From an uncultured Verrucomicrobiae bacterium (lineage in GTDB: Bacteria > Verrucomicrobiota > Verrucomicrobiia > Palsa-1439), in contig CAWJFL010000018.1 of NCBI GenBank assembly GCA_963842185.1, positions 1,262 through 65,261 on the forward strand: a stretch of DNA of 64,000 bases, written 5' to 3'. This document shows positions 40,931-50,431 of the stretch, piece after piece. Made by a program: the position numbers and the translations under genes. Each line of letters begins with the position of its first letter. Position 1 is the stretch's first letter. Below the pieces are notes generated by a model. It was not told where the DNA came from, did not search any database, and worked only from the letters and a program-made list of their open reading frames with translations.

Positions 40931-43315
40931 ATGTCTCGGACCATGGAACCTGCGCCACCAACCGCTGTCGCGAGCGAACCGGCCGGGCCGCCGTGCGCCG
41001 ATGCGCCCGGCCTGACCGCCGCCGAAGCCCGACTGCGTCTTGCGCAGGTCGGTCCCAACGCCGTGCGCGAGGAACAACCCCATCCGCTCCGTCAATTCTT
41101 GCGCCGGTTCTGGACGCCGATTCCGTGGCTGCTGGAAGCGACCATCCTCATCCAACTCTTTCTTGGCGAACGGGTCGAGGCGAGCGTCATCGGGGGGCTA
41201 CTGGTGTTGAATGCGGTCCTGAGCTTTCTGCAAGAAGGTCGCGCCCAAAAGGCGCTGGCGCTGCTGCGGCAGCAACTCCACGTCGAGGCCCGCGTCCGGC
41301 GCGACAGCCAGTGGAACACCATCAGCGCGGAGGACCTGGTGCCCGACGACCTGATTCATCTACGCCAAGGCGGCATCGTGCCTGCCGACGTGCGGGTGTG
41401 CGACGGTTCGCTGCTGGTGGACCAGTCGGCGCTCACCGGCGAATCCGCTGCTGTCCAAATCCCGCAGGGTAAAACCGCCTACGCCGGCGCGTTGGTGCGG
41501 GGCGGTGAAGCCACGGGCATCGTCACCGCGACCGGCGCGCGCACCTTTTTTGGCAAAACGGCGGAATTGGTGCGCACCGCCCATGTTGTCAATCGGCAGG
41601 AGCACGAGATCGTCCGCGTCGTGCGCGATCTGTTCGTGTTGAACGCGGGCCTGATCGTCATCGTCTTTGGCGTGGCGCATGTCCGGGGGCTGACGTTGGT
41701 GTACACGCTGCCGCTGGTGCTGACGATCCTGCTGGCATCCATTCCCGTCGCGCTGCCGGCGACATTCACGCTCGCCGCGGCGCTCGGCTCGTTGGAGTTG
41801 TCGAGGTTCGGCGTGTTGGTGACGCGCCTGAGCGCGCTGCACGACATCGCCTCGATGACCGTGTTGTGCACCGACAAAACCGGCACGCTCACGCGCAACG
41901 AGGCAACCCTCAGCACGTTGCGTCCCGCGGACGGATTCACCGAGGAGCAGTTGCTGCGGGCCGCGTGGCTTGCCAGCGATCCGGCGGGGCACGACCCCGT
42001 GGACGGCGCGATGGTGCGCGCGGCGGTAGCGCGGGGTCTGGCGGGCAACGGCTCGATGCGTGTCGAGTTCAAGCCGTTCGACCCCGCGACGAAGCGCGCC
42101 GAAGCCGCGTATCACGAGGCCGATGGCGTGCGCCGCTACACGAAAGGCGCGCCCGCTGTCGTCGCCGAACTCTGCGGCGTGCCGGAGCCCGTGTGGCTGC
42201 CGCGAGAACAGGAACTGGCCGCGCGCGGCCAGCGCGTGCTGGGTGTGGCTACCGGCGAGGACGGCCAACTGCGGTTCGCCGGTTTGGTCAGCCTCGAGGA
42301 TGCGGTGCGCGACGATTCCCGCGCGGTTGTCCAAGCGATCCACGACGCCGGCGTGCGTGTGGTGATGGTAACGGGCGACAACACGCTCACCGCCCGCGCC
42401 GTGGCCGAGCAGGTGGGGATTCCATCGCAGGTGTGTCCGCCCGCCGACCCACATGGCGACCTCAGCGATGGCGCGTTGGAAAACAGCGTGTTCGCGGGTG
42501 TGTTTCCCGAAGACAAATTCAAGCTGGTCCGCGCCTTCCAACGGCAAGGGGCGGTGGTGGGCATGAGCGGCGACGGGGTGAATGACGCGCCCGCGTTGCG
42601 CCAGGCCGAGGCGGGCGTGGCCGTGGCCAACGCCACCGATGTGGCCAAGGCCGCCGCCGCCATCGTGCTGACCCGTCCCGGACTGGCCGACGTGGTGCCG
42701 GCCATCGAAGCGAGCCGGCGGGTGTTCCAGCGCGTGATGACCTACACCCTCAACATGCTCGCCAAGAAAATCGAGCTCATGCTGCTGCTGGTCATCGGCT
42801 TCCTCCTGACCGGCCACAGGCTCCTCACGCCCTTGCTGATGGTGCTGATCATCTTCCTCAACGACTTCCTCACGATGTCACTCACCACCGATCGCATGAG
42901 CGTGTCGGCACAGCCCAATCAATGGCGAACCCGCGCCGTCGTGACCGCCAGCACCGCGCTCGCCTTCTGCAAACTGGTTTTCAGCCTGGGGGTGTTTCTG
43001 CTGGCAGACTACGTCCTGCGCCTGGACCCGGCGCGGCTGCAAACGCTGACGTTTGCGACGCTGATTCTGACGTCCCAAGCGGGTGTGTATCTGTTGCGCG
43101 AGCGCCACCACTGCTGGACCTCGCCTCCCAGCCGCGACATGCTCGGGAGCACGGTCTTCGGCCTGGGCGTGACGGCGGCGCTTGCGCTGTCGGGTTGGCA
43201 CGTGCCCGCCATCCGCCCGGCCTTGCTTGCCGTCGTCGCCGTCGCTGCGGTTCTGTATTTCCTGGCGCTGGATTGGTTCAAAGTCTGGCTGTTTGCGCGG
43301 CTGCGCCTGCGGTGA
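40931..43315 (+). CDS. P-type ATPase, P3A (proton-efflux) type
   Basis: PIPWLLEA, LTGES, SIPVALP (TM4), DKTGTLT, GDGVNDAPAL, FLNDF (TM6 Asp). Confidence 0.85.
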   Translation: MSRTMEPAPPTAVASEPAGPPCADAPGLTAAEARLRLAQVGPNAVREEQPHPLRQFLRRFWTPIPWLLEATILIQLFLGERVEASVIGGLLVLNAVLSFLQEGRAQKALALLRQQLHVEARVRRDSQWNTISAEDLVPDDLIHLRQGGIVPADVRVCDGSLLVDQSALTGESAAVQIPQGKTAYAGALVRGGEATGIVTATGARTFFGKTAELVRTAHVVNRQEHEIVRVVRDLFVLNAGLIVIVFGVAHVRGLTLVYTLPLVLTILLASIPVALPATFTLAAALGSLELSRFGVLVTRLSALHDIASMTVLCTDKTGTLTRNEATLSTLRPADGFTEEQLLRAAWLASDPAGHDPVDGAMVRAAVARGLAGNGSMRVEFKPFDPATKRAEAAYHEADGVRRYTKGAPAVVAELCGVPEPVWLPREQELAARGQRVLGVATGEDGQLRFAGLVSLEDAVRDDSRAVVQAIHDAGVRVVMVTGDNTLTARAVAEQVGIPSQVCPPADPHGDLSDGALENSVFAGVFPEDKFKLVRAFQRQGAVVGMSGDGVNDAPALRQAEAGVAVANATDVAKAAAAIVLTRPGLADVVPAIEASRRVFQRVMTYTLNMLAKKIELMLLLVIGFLLTGHRLLTPLLMVLIIFLNDFLTMSLTTDRMSVSAQPNQWRTRAVVTASTALAFCKLVFSLGVFLLADYVLRLDPARLQTLTFATLILTSQAGVYLLRERHHCWTSPPSRDMLGSTVFGLGVTAALALSGWHVPAIRPALLAVVAVAAVLYFLALDWFKVWLFARLRLR

Positions 43316-43470
43316 CGAGGCCTATCAGCCGCCGCCGCCGCTGTTCCATGCAGAAACCAATCCCCATTGGGCCGCCACTCTCTCTGCCTGGTCGTGGTTG
43401 AGTAGGGGTTGCCACCGAAAACCGCATGAGGCCCGTGCTGCGGAACTGGCGCCCCCCGGCCAGCGCGACA

Positions 43471-43499
43471 TTGACGCAACTCACAACCGGTGGTACAAG
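43471..43499 (+). promoter_or_regulatory. Sigma-70-like promoter of the original tRNA-Leu locus
   Basis: TTGACG-N17-TACAAG with extended TG, 9 bp before the tRNA 5' fragment. Confidence 0.6.
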
Positions 43500-43508
43500 T
43501 GCGCCGTC

Positions 43509-43547
43509 GCCGCCGTGGCGGAACTGGCAGACGCGCTGGACTCAAAA
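43509..43547 (+). repeat. att site: 39-bp copy of the tRNA-Leu 5' half
   Basis: gccgccgtggcggaactggcagacgcgctggactcaaaa is identical to 61821-61859. Confidence 0.95.
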
Positions 43548-43689
43548 GACATTTTTCACGATTTTCGCTCCAATTAGCCACGGTATGCTTGAAGCCTCTA
43601 TGCTTGCACACGCCAATATTTACAAGGCTTTTAAGATGGTTGGTTCGTATGCTCGGCTTAGCACGAGTTCTCCCATGTTTTGTTGATCG

Positions 43690-43713
43690 GGTTGCAACCA
43701 CGGGTTGCAACCA
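43690..43713. repeat. Putative integrase arm-type sites
   Basis: GGTTGCAACCA-cg-GGTTGCAACCA, matched by GGTTACAACTT-cg-GGTTGCAACCA at 61743-61766. Confidence 0.7.
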
Positions 43714-43809
43714 AGGAGTGTAACGATGTTTGCTGCGAGTAAGGAATGCAGCGTGGGTGATCAAGACGATGGCCGTTGACATCTGGTAGCATTATGCTAC
43801 CTTTTCTGC

Positions 43810-44193
43810 ATGAGTCAACCAGTGAAGCTTTCAGATGCGTTGGTCTTGGACGCCCGTCTGGCCGGGAAAACGGTTGAGCGCTCCATTGCGGGACAAGTGG
43901 AATTCTGGGCCAGAATCGGCAGGGCTATCGAGCCGTTGCTTCAGGGCACGCAGGTGCTCACCTTGTGCCGTAATGCCGCGACGCGCCCGTTGTCCGAGTG
44001 CCTGAAATCCGTGGATTCGCCCGCTGGTCGCCGCCGCGTGACTGAATTTCTCCAAGGTCAGCCGTATCCCCACTACGAACCCCACCCAGACCAACCCGGC
44101 GTGCTTATCCGCATTGAAGCGAACGGGAAGCGCGCGGTCGGGCGATTCGTCAACCGCCAGTTCCAGCCGGTCAAGGTGAAAGCCGCGCGGTGA
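43810..44193 (+). CDS. ParD-like antitoxin
   Basis: VKLSDALVLDARLAG..RSIAGQVEFWARIGR ribbon-helix-helix pattern. Confidence 0.75.
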   Translation: MSQPVKLSDALVLDARLAGKTVERSIAGQVEFWARIGRAIEPLLQGTQVLTLCRNAATRPLSECLKSVDSPAGRRRVTEFLQGQPYPHYEPHPDQPGVLIRIEANGKRAVGRFVNRQFQPVKVKAAR

Positions 44194-44771
44194 TGAGCCT
44201 GCCGCTCGACCGCCGCCCAGTCATCGTTGCACTCGCGGGGCCGAATGGCGCAGGCAAAACCACTTTCTACCATGCCCATCTCCAGCCTGCCGGGCTGCGT
44301 CTTGTTAACGCCGACGTACTGGCGCGGGAACTGAACCTCGATCCCTACGCAGCCGCGGACTTGGCCGAGGCGCTCCGGCGGCAACTGGTGGAACAACGCG
44401 AAAGTTTCGTGTTTGAAACCGTGTTCTCTGACCCGGTCGGCGACAAGCTGACTTTCCTGAAAGAAGCGGCGGCAACCGGCTACAACGTCGTTCTGTGCTT
44501 CATTGGAATTTTCGGCCCGGAAGTTTCCGAAGAGCGCGTCGCGATGCGCGTCTCGCAAGGCGGACATGATGTACCCGCCGAAAAGTTGGTCTCGCGATTT
44601 CCTCGCACGCTGGCGAACCTCAAGACCGCCATCCGAGAGCTTCCGCATGTGTGGATTTTCGACAACGACGATTTGCGGACTCCATTCCGTCAAGTGGCTG
44701 TTTTTGAAAACGGCCAGCGGGTGAGCCTGAATGAGCCGGTGCCTGCGTGGCTTACGCCGTTGCTGGCGTAG
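44190..44771 (+). CDS. Zeta-toxin-like P-loop ATPase/kinase
   Basis: AGPNGAGKTT, VNAD, FETVFS, RVSQGGHDVP. Confidence 0.82.
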   Translation: MMSLPLDRRPVIVALAGPNGAGKTTFYHAHLQPAGLRLVNADVLARELNLDPYAAADLAEALRRQLVEQRESFVFETVFSDPVGDKLTFLKEAAATGYNVVLCFIGIFGPEVSEERVAMRVSQGGHDVPAEKLVSRFPRTLANLKTAIRELPHVWIFDNDDLRTPFRQVAVFENGQRVSLNEPVPAWLTPLLA

Positions 44772-44835
44772 GGTTGTGCACTGCGAATTTTACGGCCAGG
44801 AGCTGCGCGTGCCTGACGCCGGCCTGTCATTACGC

Positions 44836-45585
44836 TTAGACAAACAGTGATACGCACACCGACTCCGGGTGGCGATGATCCAGCCGCAACCGGCAGCCAA
44901 ACACAGCAGACATGCTTTCTTCTGTAAGTACCTCAACAGGTCGCCCTGCCATTGCCAAGCGGCCTTGAGCGAGCAGAAAGGCATGGTCCACAAACATTGG
45001 TGCAAATAACAAATCGTGGCAGACCATCAGCACCGTACAACCTCCCGCTGCCAAGGTTTGGGCCAACCGGTACACTTCGAGTTGGTGAGCGATGTCGAGG
45101 TGGCTGGACGGCTCGTCCAACAACAATACCGGCGTTGCTTGCGCTAACGCCCGTGCGATCACCACGCGCTGCCGTTCACCACCACTCAACTCGTCGAAGG
45201 GACGCTCCGACAATTCCGCCGCACCCACGCGCGTCAGGCTTGCCTCGATCACGGCTGCATCCTCGTCGCCGAGCGCGAACCGTCCTAATGCGACCATCTC
45301 CCGTGCCGTCAACGGCACGCCACGTGGCGTCTCCTGTGGCACGACGGCGATCCGCCGAGCCACCTCGCGCGGCGTGAGCGCATCAACCTGCTGGTCATCA
45401 CACCACGCCGTGCCCGACTGCGGCCGCAACGCGCCGGTCAGGCATCGCAACAACGTGCTCTTGCCGCTTCCGTTCGGCCCGAACAAGCCGGTGACCTTGC
45501 CGGTTGCGATTTCAAGATTCAACTCCCGCAACACCGGCGTGCCGGTTCGGTAGGCGAAACTCAGATTCTCGACGCGCAAGTTCAC
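44836..45585 (-). CDS. Iron-chelate/cobalamin-class ABC transporter ATPase
   Basis: GPNGSGKST, LSGGERQR, LDEPSSHLDIAHQ. Confidence 0.92.
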   Translation of the reverse strand: MNLRVENLSFAYRTGTPVLRELNLEIATGKVTGLFGPNGSGKSTLLRCLTGALRPQSGTAWCDDQQVDALTPREVARRIAVVPQETPRGVPLTAREMVALGRFALGDEDAAVIEASLTRVGAAELSERPFDELSGGERQRVVIARALAQATPVLLLDEPSSHLDIAHQLEVYRLAQTLAAGGCTVLMVCHDLLFAPMFVDHAFLLAQGRLAMAGRPVEVLTEESMSAVFGCRLRLDHRHPESVCVSLFV

Positions 45586-46559
45586 AGCGTTATCTTCCTC
45601 CGCAGCAGCCACAGAAAGACCGGCGCGCCGACCAGCGCCGTGAGAATGCCGACCGGGATTTCCGCTGGGGCGGCGAGCGTCCGTGCCAGTGTGTCGGCTA
45701 CCAACAACAGCAACGCGCCCCCGAGGGCCGTGGCTGGCACGAGACGGCGATGGTCACCGCCAACCGCCAGCCGCAGCAGGTGCGGCACGATCAGGCCAAT
45801 GAATCCGATCACGCCGGTCAGACTCACCGCCGCCGAGGCCGTGATGGCGATGAGCAGCAGCAACGCGTATTGAAGCCGTGGGACGTTCACGCCGAGGTCG
45901 CGCGCCGACGTTTCGCCGACGAGCGCGACGTTGAGCGAGCGGGCGAGCATTACCATTGTGACGAACGCGCCGAGCGCGACCGGCAACATCACCAGCACGG
46001 CCCGGCCATTGGCTTGCCAAAGACCACCCATCAACCAGAAGATGACCGCCGGCAGGCGTTCACCCGCAAGGTAGAGCGCGCCGGTGGTCAGCGCCGAGCA
46101 GAGTGCCGCGATGGCGATGCCGGCCAGTAGCAGGCTTTGACCGAAGAACGTTCCGCGCCGGCCCAGCGTGAACACGAGAGCGGTCACAGCCAGCCCGGCA
46201 GCGAAACTACCGATCGGCACCGCGACACCGGCCAGCATTGCGGCAACCGCACCGAGGGCTGCGCCGTTGGAGACACCGATGATCGAGGGCGTGGCGAGCG
46301 GATTGCGAAAGAGCGTCTGAGCGGCGAGCCCGCTCAATGCCAGCGCGGCACCGACACTACTGGCCAGCACAATGCGCGGCAGCCGGACAGTTAGCAGGAT
46401 TTGGTCGGCGGTGTCGCCTTTGGCCCGACCGCATGCGGCGCGGAATAGCCGTCCGGCCACTTCGCCTGCCGGGATGTAGACGCTGCCGACCCCGAACGCG
46501 ATGACGGCAACGCCGAGCAAAGCGATGAACAGGCCGAGTTGTAACGTGTTGCGGTTCAT
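45582..46559 (-). CDS. FecCD/BtuC-family permease
   Basis: VRLPR, QTLFRNPLA, GETSARDLGV, GVIGFIGLIVPH, EIPVG. Confidence 0.93.
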   Translation of the reverse strand: MNRNTLQLGLFIALLGVAVIAFGVGSVYIPAGEVAGRLFRAACGRAKGDTADQILLTVRLPRIVLASSVGAALALSGLAAQTLFRNPLATPSIIGVSNGAALGAVAAMLAGVAVPIGSFAAGLAVTALVFTLGRRGTFFGQSLLLAGIAIAALCSALTTGALYLAGERLPAVIFWLMGGLWQANGRAVLVMLPVALGAFVTMVMLARSLNVALVGETSARDLGVNVPRLQYALLLLIAITASAAVSLTGVIGFIGLIVPHLLRLAVGGDHRRLVPATALGGALLLLVADTLARTLAAPAEIPVGILTALVGAPVFLWLLRRKITL

Positions 46560-47293
46560 GCGATCTGACGCACGGCGAAGCGGTCGTCGCGCGGCACGAG
46601 GTTCAACGCTTCTTCAACGGTGAGATGCGAGGCGTCCACCTTGTCCAGATGCTGACGGCAAACCGTCACAGCTTGCTCCATCTGCGCCGCGGTCGGACGC
46701 GGGAACGGTTGGCCGGGCACGGGGATGTACCCCATGATGTGAAAGGGAATAGTCCGGTCGAGCGCTGCCACCCACGCGGCGACGGCTTCGACTTGATCGA
46801 GGTCCACGAAGCGGGGAATGAATACGATGTTGGCGCGCATCTCCAGACCACCGCGATAAGCGGCAGCGAAGTTGTCGAAGAACGGCTGGCGTTCGCGACC
46901 GGTGTAGCGGCGGTGAACCTCGTCGTCCCACGCCTTGAGGCCAACGTTGGCGCCATCGAGATTCGGCAATGGCAACCGCAAACCAATCGTGTGACCGAGA
47001 AAGGTGCGAACGCCGAGTTCCTGCTTGCAGAACGCGAGCGCTTCCGGCAGTTCGGTGGCGACCGTAGGTTCGCCGCCCATAAAGTTTACTTTCTCGACTG
47101 GCACGCTGCGCAGGGCGCGGCGCACCTCGTCCATGCTGAGGAACCGGGTCGGACGCGGCGTGATCTGGCCGGGACGTCCGTTCGGGCCACTGCGAAGTTT
47201 GTAACTGCAGGTGGGACAACGCAGCGTGCAGCCGAAGTTGTGGACGGTGGCGAACTGGTGTTTCTCATTGTACGTGATTCTGTGGAAAGACAC
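46556..47293 (-). CDS. Radical SAM enzyme (activase-like partial barrel)
   Basis: CTLRCPTC (CxxxCxxC) and FMGGEPT. RBS AAGGAG precedes the GTG start. Confidence 0.9.
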   Translation of the reverse strand: MSFHRITYNEKHQFATVHNFGCTLRCPTCSYKLRSGPNGRPGQITPRPTRFLSMDEVRRALRSVPVEKVNFMGGEPTVATELPEALAFCKQELGVRTFLGHTIGLRLPLPNLDGANVGLKAWDDEVHRRYTGRERQPFFDNFAAAYRGGLEMRANIVFIPRFVDLDQVEAVAAWVAALDRTIPFHIMGYIPVPGQPFPRPTAAQMEQAVTVCRQHLDKVDASHLTVEEALNLVPRDDRFAVRQIA

Positions 47294-47295
47294 GG

Positions 47296-48145
47296 TCAGT
47301 TCTCCTTTCCGTCGGCGCGATGGATAATCGCGCGCAATTGCTCTACGGAGGCGGACAACTGGCTGCCAGCCACCAAACAATTGCGGCCGACGCCGTAAAC
47401 GGCACCGCGACGGACGGCGCGCAGTTTGGCGAAGCCGGGACGTTGGCTGATGGCGTCGGCAGTGGTAAAGCCGTTGACGAAAAGAATTACATCCGGTTCG
47501 GCGGCAATGAGTTGCTCCGGCGAAAACACAACGCTGCCGCGCGCCACGCCCGCGGCGATGTTCGTGCCGCCGGCCAGGGTGATGAGGTCGTTGACATAGC
47601 TGTCACCGCCTACGGTCTTGAAGGCACCGTAGAGTTCGAGATACACGCGCGGCGGATTGGCGGGCGCGTTGGTGTGCAAGTATAGGAACGCGACAAGGTC
47701 ATCCGCAAGCCGGTCGGTGAGAGCTTCGCGTCCGACGCGTTGGCCAATGAGCCGAACTGGTGCCCGGTAACTCGGCGACGTGACCGGCACGGATGCGCAC
47801 TACTGGAACCGACAGTTCCCCGAGCAGCTTCGCCGCGTCGTCCTGATACCACCAGATAAACGCGAGGTCCATGCGCCGTGCGAGAACTTCTTCGCGCGAG
47901 AGCGCGCTGCCTTTGGCAATGACTGGTATGTTGGTCGCGCCGGGTACGACGCGACTGTACTCATCGATGGCCGCCAACTGGTCGCGCGCGCCGACAGCCA
48001 GCAGCACGTCCGTGGCGGTGGTGCAGAGGCTGAGGATACGTCGTGGCGGCTCGGCCAAGCCATTGGGAGAAAAAACGAAACCAAGCAATACGAGACCAAA
48101 TGTCGAAAGAAACAACCGCCCGATTGAAGTGAGAGCGCGCATCAT
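47296..48145 (-). CDS. BtuF-like (helical backbone) substrate-binding protein, frameshift near 47760
   Basis: Signal peptide, PRRILSLCTTATDVLLAVG, then in the second frame GGDSYVNDLITLAGGTN and SPEQLIAAEPDVI. Confidence 0.85.
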
Positions 48146-49593
48146 GGCACCAACAGGCGAACGCGATAGTAGCGGGCTGGACCGTTCGTGGCCCCCCCAC
48201 GATCAGTTGCGTTAGTCAGGACGTTGCCGAGCGTGGTAATGATATTGGTGAGACCCGTGCTCGCGAAATTATCCGTGAAACCTTCCCGGGCGTCGCCCGC
48301 AGCGTATTCCAATATGTTGGTCTTGCCCTGCCCAAACAAACCACTTGGATCCCCACCGGATGTCTTCCACGTGATTTGAACGTCGTTGCCTTGGGGGACC
48401 TCGCTTGTGATAGCGAACACGGACGCTGGATTGGTCGGGTTCAACCCGAGTAGGAATTGGTTGGTATTGCTGATGCCCTTGCCGTAAGGGTCGGCATTGG
48501 CTTGGGCCCGGGGGCAGTTCGTGCAGTTGAAGTAGAGCATCTGCCACTGCTGCCACGGCGTCAGCACCGTTGGTCCCGTGATGGTCAGCACGGCAATTTG
48601 CGGTCGCAATCTGGATGCCACCGGCGACGGCACGTCAGCAGAGCACACGGAGAAGGTGATGTTGTTGCTGAAACTGGCCACGCAGGAGGTGACATTGAAG
48701 TCCACGATGCTCGGTCCGTAGTCCAAGCCGGTGGCCGACGGGTCCCACTCAGCGACACCGTCTCCTCCAAATTGAGTGCCGTTGAAATAGAGACGGTTGT
48801 TTTGACCGTCGGGAGCGTATGTATATAGCGCCTGCAATGCAGCAGAATTCACTTGGGCGATGTTGAGGCTACCGAAGGCCACTGTGCGGCTGCAAACTTC
48901 ACCGCTGGTCGGCACATTATAGATGTCGCCGCTACCCTCAGCGATGGCGTACTGAAATTGGTTGCTCAGCGCGCTCTGTTGATAGATGGATAGAAGCGAC
49001 ACTTGCATGATACGGCCATCGAATGAGTTGGATGTCGTAACCGTGATGGCGACCAAGTTGGAGGACCCGTCGGTATGCAGGTAGTTGGTATTGACCGGCA
49101 ACCCGACGAGCCAGACGCCGTACCCGCTACCGTACACAGACGGTTGGGTCGCGCTGAAGGAAGCATTGGTGTCGCTCGTCGAACCGAAATTCAGGCCACC
49201 GGACGCAAGAGCATTGCTGTTAACAGAGACGCTGAGGTTGGCGGTGTAATCGGGGGTGCCGCCCCAAAGAGTGAGAACGAGACGGCCGGTAACAACGTTG
49301 TCACAGGGTGGCAGGGCAAAGCTTACCGGCACGTTGTACGGCTGGCCAACCGCCGGGTTCCAGGCCATGTTTGTCCAAGTCGCCGAGGTCCCCATGTAAA
49401 GCGAGGCGTTGGCAACCGTGCCGCTGAGCACGGTCTGCATCCCTTGCCCGGCGAAATTGTACGTCGCGTTGCAGTGCGGTGCAGCCAACACAAACACCCC
49501 GACAGCAAGCGCGTCGATGAAGCCGCGTCGCCGACGATTCGGTCGTATTCGCCACGGCCGACAGCCACTCTTGCTTGCATGAAGCGAAATCAT
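48142..49593 (-). CDS. Secreted DUF3344-like beta-rich protein with a verrucomicrobial C-terminal domain
   Basis: RRRRGF plus hydrophobic signal (Tat-like). WGG, VYGSGYGVW and FDGRI segments recalled as DUF3344-like. C-terminus PWQQWQMLYF..ADPYGKG..ARYYRVRL. Confidence 0.65.
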   Translation of the reverse strand: MISLHASKSGCRPWRIRPNRRRRGFIDALAVGVFVLAAPHCNATYNFAGQGMQTVLSGTVANASLYMGTSATWTNMAWNPAVGQPYNVPVSFALPPCDNVVTGRLVLTLWGGTPDYTANLSVSVNSNALASGGLNFGSTSDTNASFSATQPSVYGSGYGVWLVGLPVNTNYLHTDGSSNLVAITVTTSNSFDGRIMQVSLLSIYQQSALSNQFQYAIAEGSGDIYNVPTSGEVCSRTVAFGSLNIAQVNSAALQALYTYAPDGQNNRLYFNGTQFGGDGVAEWDPSATGLDYGPSIVDFNVTSCVASFSNNITFSVCSADVPSPVASRLRPQIAVLTITGPTVLTPWQQWQMLYFNCTNCPRAQANADPYGKGISNTNQFLLGLNPTNPASVFAITSEVPQGNDVQITWKTSGGDPSGLFGQGKTNILEYAAGDAREGFTDNFASTGLTNIITTLGNVLTNATDRGGATNGPARYYRVRLLVP

Positions 49594-50279
49594 TGTGAGG
49601 CATCCCAATCTTGCTTTGTGGTCGTGGTTCTTCGCTCGACGTGTCCGTCGAAAAACAAAGCGTCGAAACTGTTCCCCGCGTGCCGGTAATTCACATCCAC
49701 GACTGGATCGCTGAAAATGCCACCGCCTCCGCAGTAGTACTTCCCCGGGGTACAATCGGCGATGAAGATCGTCCCGGAAGGTCGGGCGATGTTCCGCTCC
49801 TTGACGCCGTACCATAAGCAGTATGGTATGCCCGCGAAATTGAAAGAGTTGATTCCATAGCTGAGCGTGATCTGTAAGTCCCAAGTGCAAGGAATTGCTT
49901 TCAGATCTGCAGGACAACGAAACACGCCGGATTGCTTTGGAATCAACGGTTTGATCAGGTCCATCCACCGACATGAGGCGTTGATATACGCGGGCGGCGT
50001 CACCCCGCAGTCATCCAGGTACAGGCGCATCGCCAGTCCAATCTGATGCAGGTTGCTCAAGCAAGCGGCCCCCTGCGCTGTGCGCTTCGCGCGACCGAGA
50101 GCTGGAACAAGCATTCCCGCCAGCACTGTGATGATCGCAATCACCACGAGCAACTCGATGAGGGTAAACCCGGGTTGACCGTTCTTTGCACACCCTCCGT
50201 TGGGGAAAGGGCGCATGCGGCCCGGTTTCTGAAGAAGACCTTTGTCAAGCGAGATGCCGAAGCGGGTGACTCCTTTCAT
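49590..50279 (-). CDS. Prepilin-type N-terminal cleavage/methylation protein (PVC H-X9-DG-like family)
   Basis: G|FTLIELLVVIAII, CLSNLHQIGLAM..Y, FRCPAD, RHAGNSFDALFFDGHVE. Confidence 0.9.
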   Translation of the reverse strand: MKGVTRFGISLDKGLLQKPGRMRPFPNGGCAKNGQPGFTLIELLVVIAIITVLAGMLVPALGRAKRTAQGAACLSNLHQIGLAMRLYLDDCGVTPPAYINASCRWMDLIKPLIPKQSGVFRCPADLKAIPCTWDLQITLSYGINSFNFAGIPYCLWYGVKERNIARPSGTIFIADCTPGKYYCGGGGIFSDPVVDVNYRHAGNSFDALFFDGHVERRTTTTKQDWDASQ

Positions 50280-50280
50280 C

Positions 50281-50308
50281 GTGTGACGAGTATTATGATA
50301 CGTAACAC
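50281..50308. promoter_or_regulatory. NikR-type operator overlapping the leftward promoter
   Basis: GTGTGAC-N14-GTAACAC (28 bp). Minus-strand TTGACG-N17-AATACT promoter at 50317-50289. Confidence 0.78.
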
Positions 50309-50431
50309 CACCGTCAAGCCCATTCGCGCTCATTGCACCACAACAACGCGGGCGTTTCCGGTGACAACCCGACGATTTCCGGAGCTACGCACAATCAACC
50401 GCTCCGGGGCTATGCAATTCGCGCTTGACAG

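Noticed and set aside
43509-43547. Second tRNA-Leu gene
   Set aside because: Only the 5' 39 nt are present and there is no T-arm or acceptor 3' strand. It is an att site.
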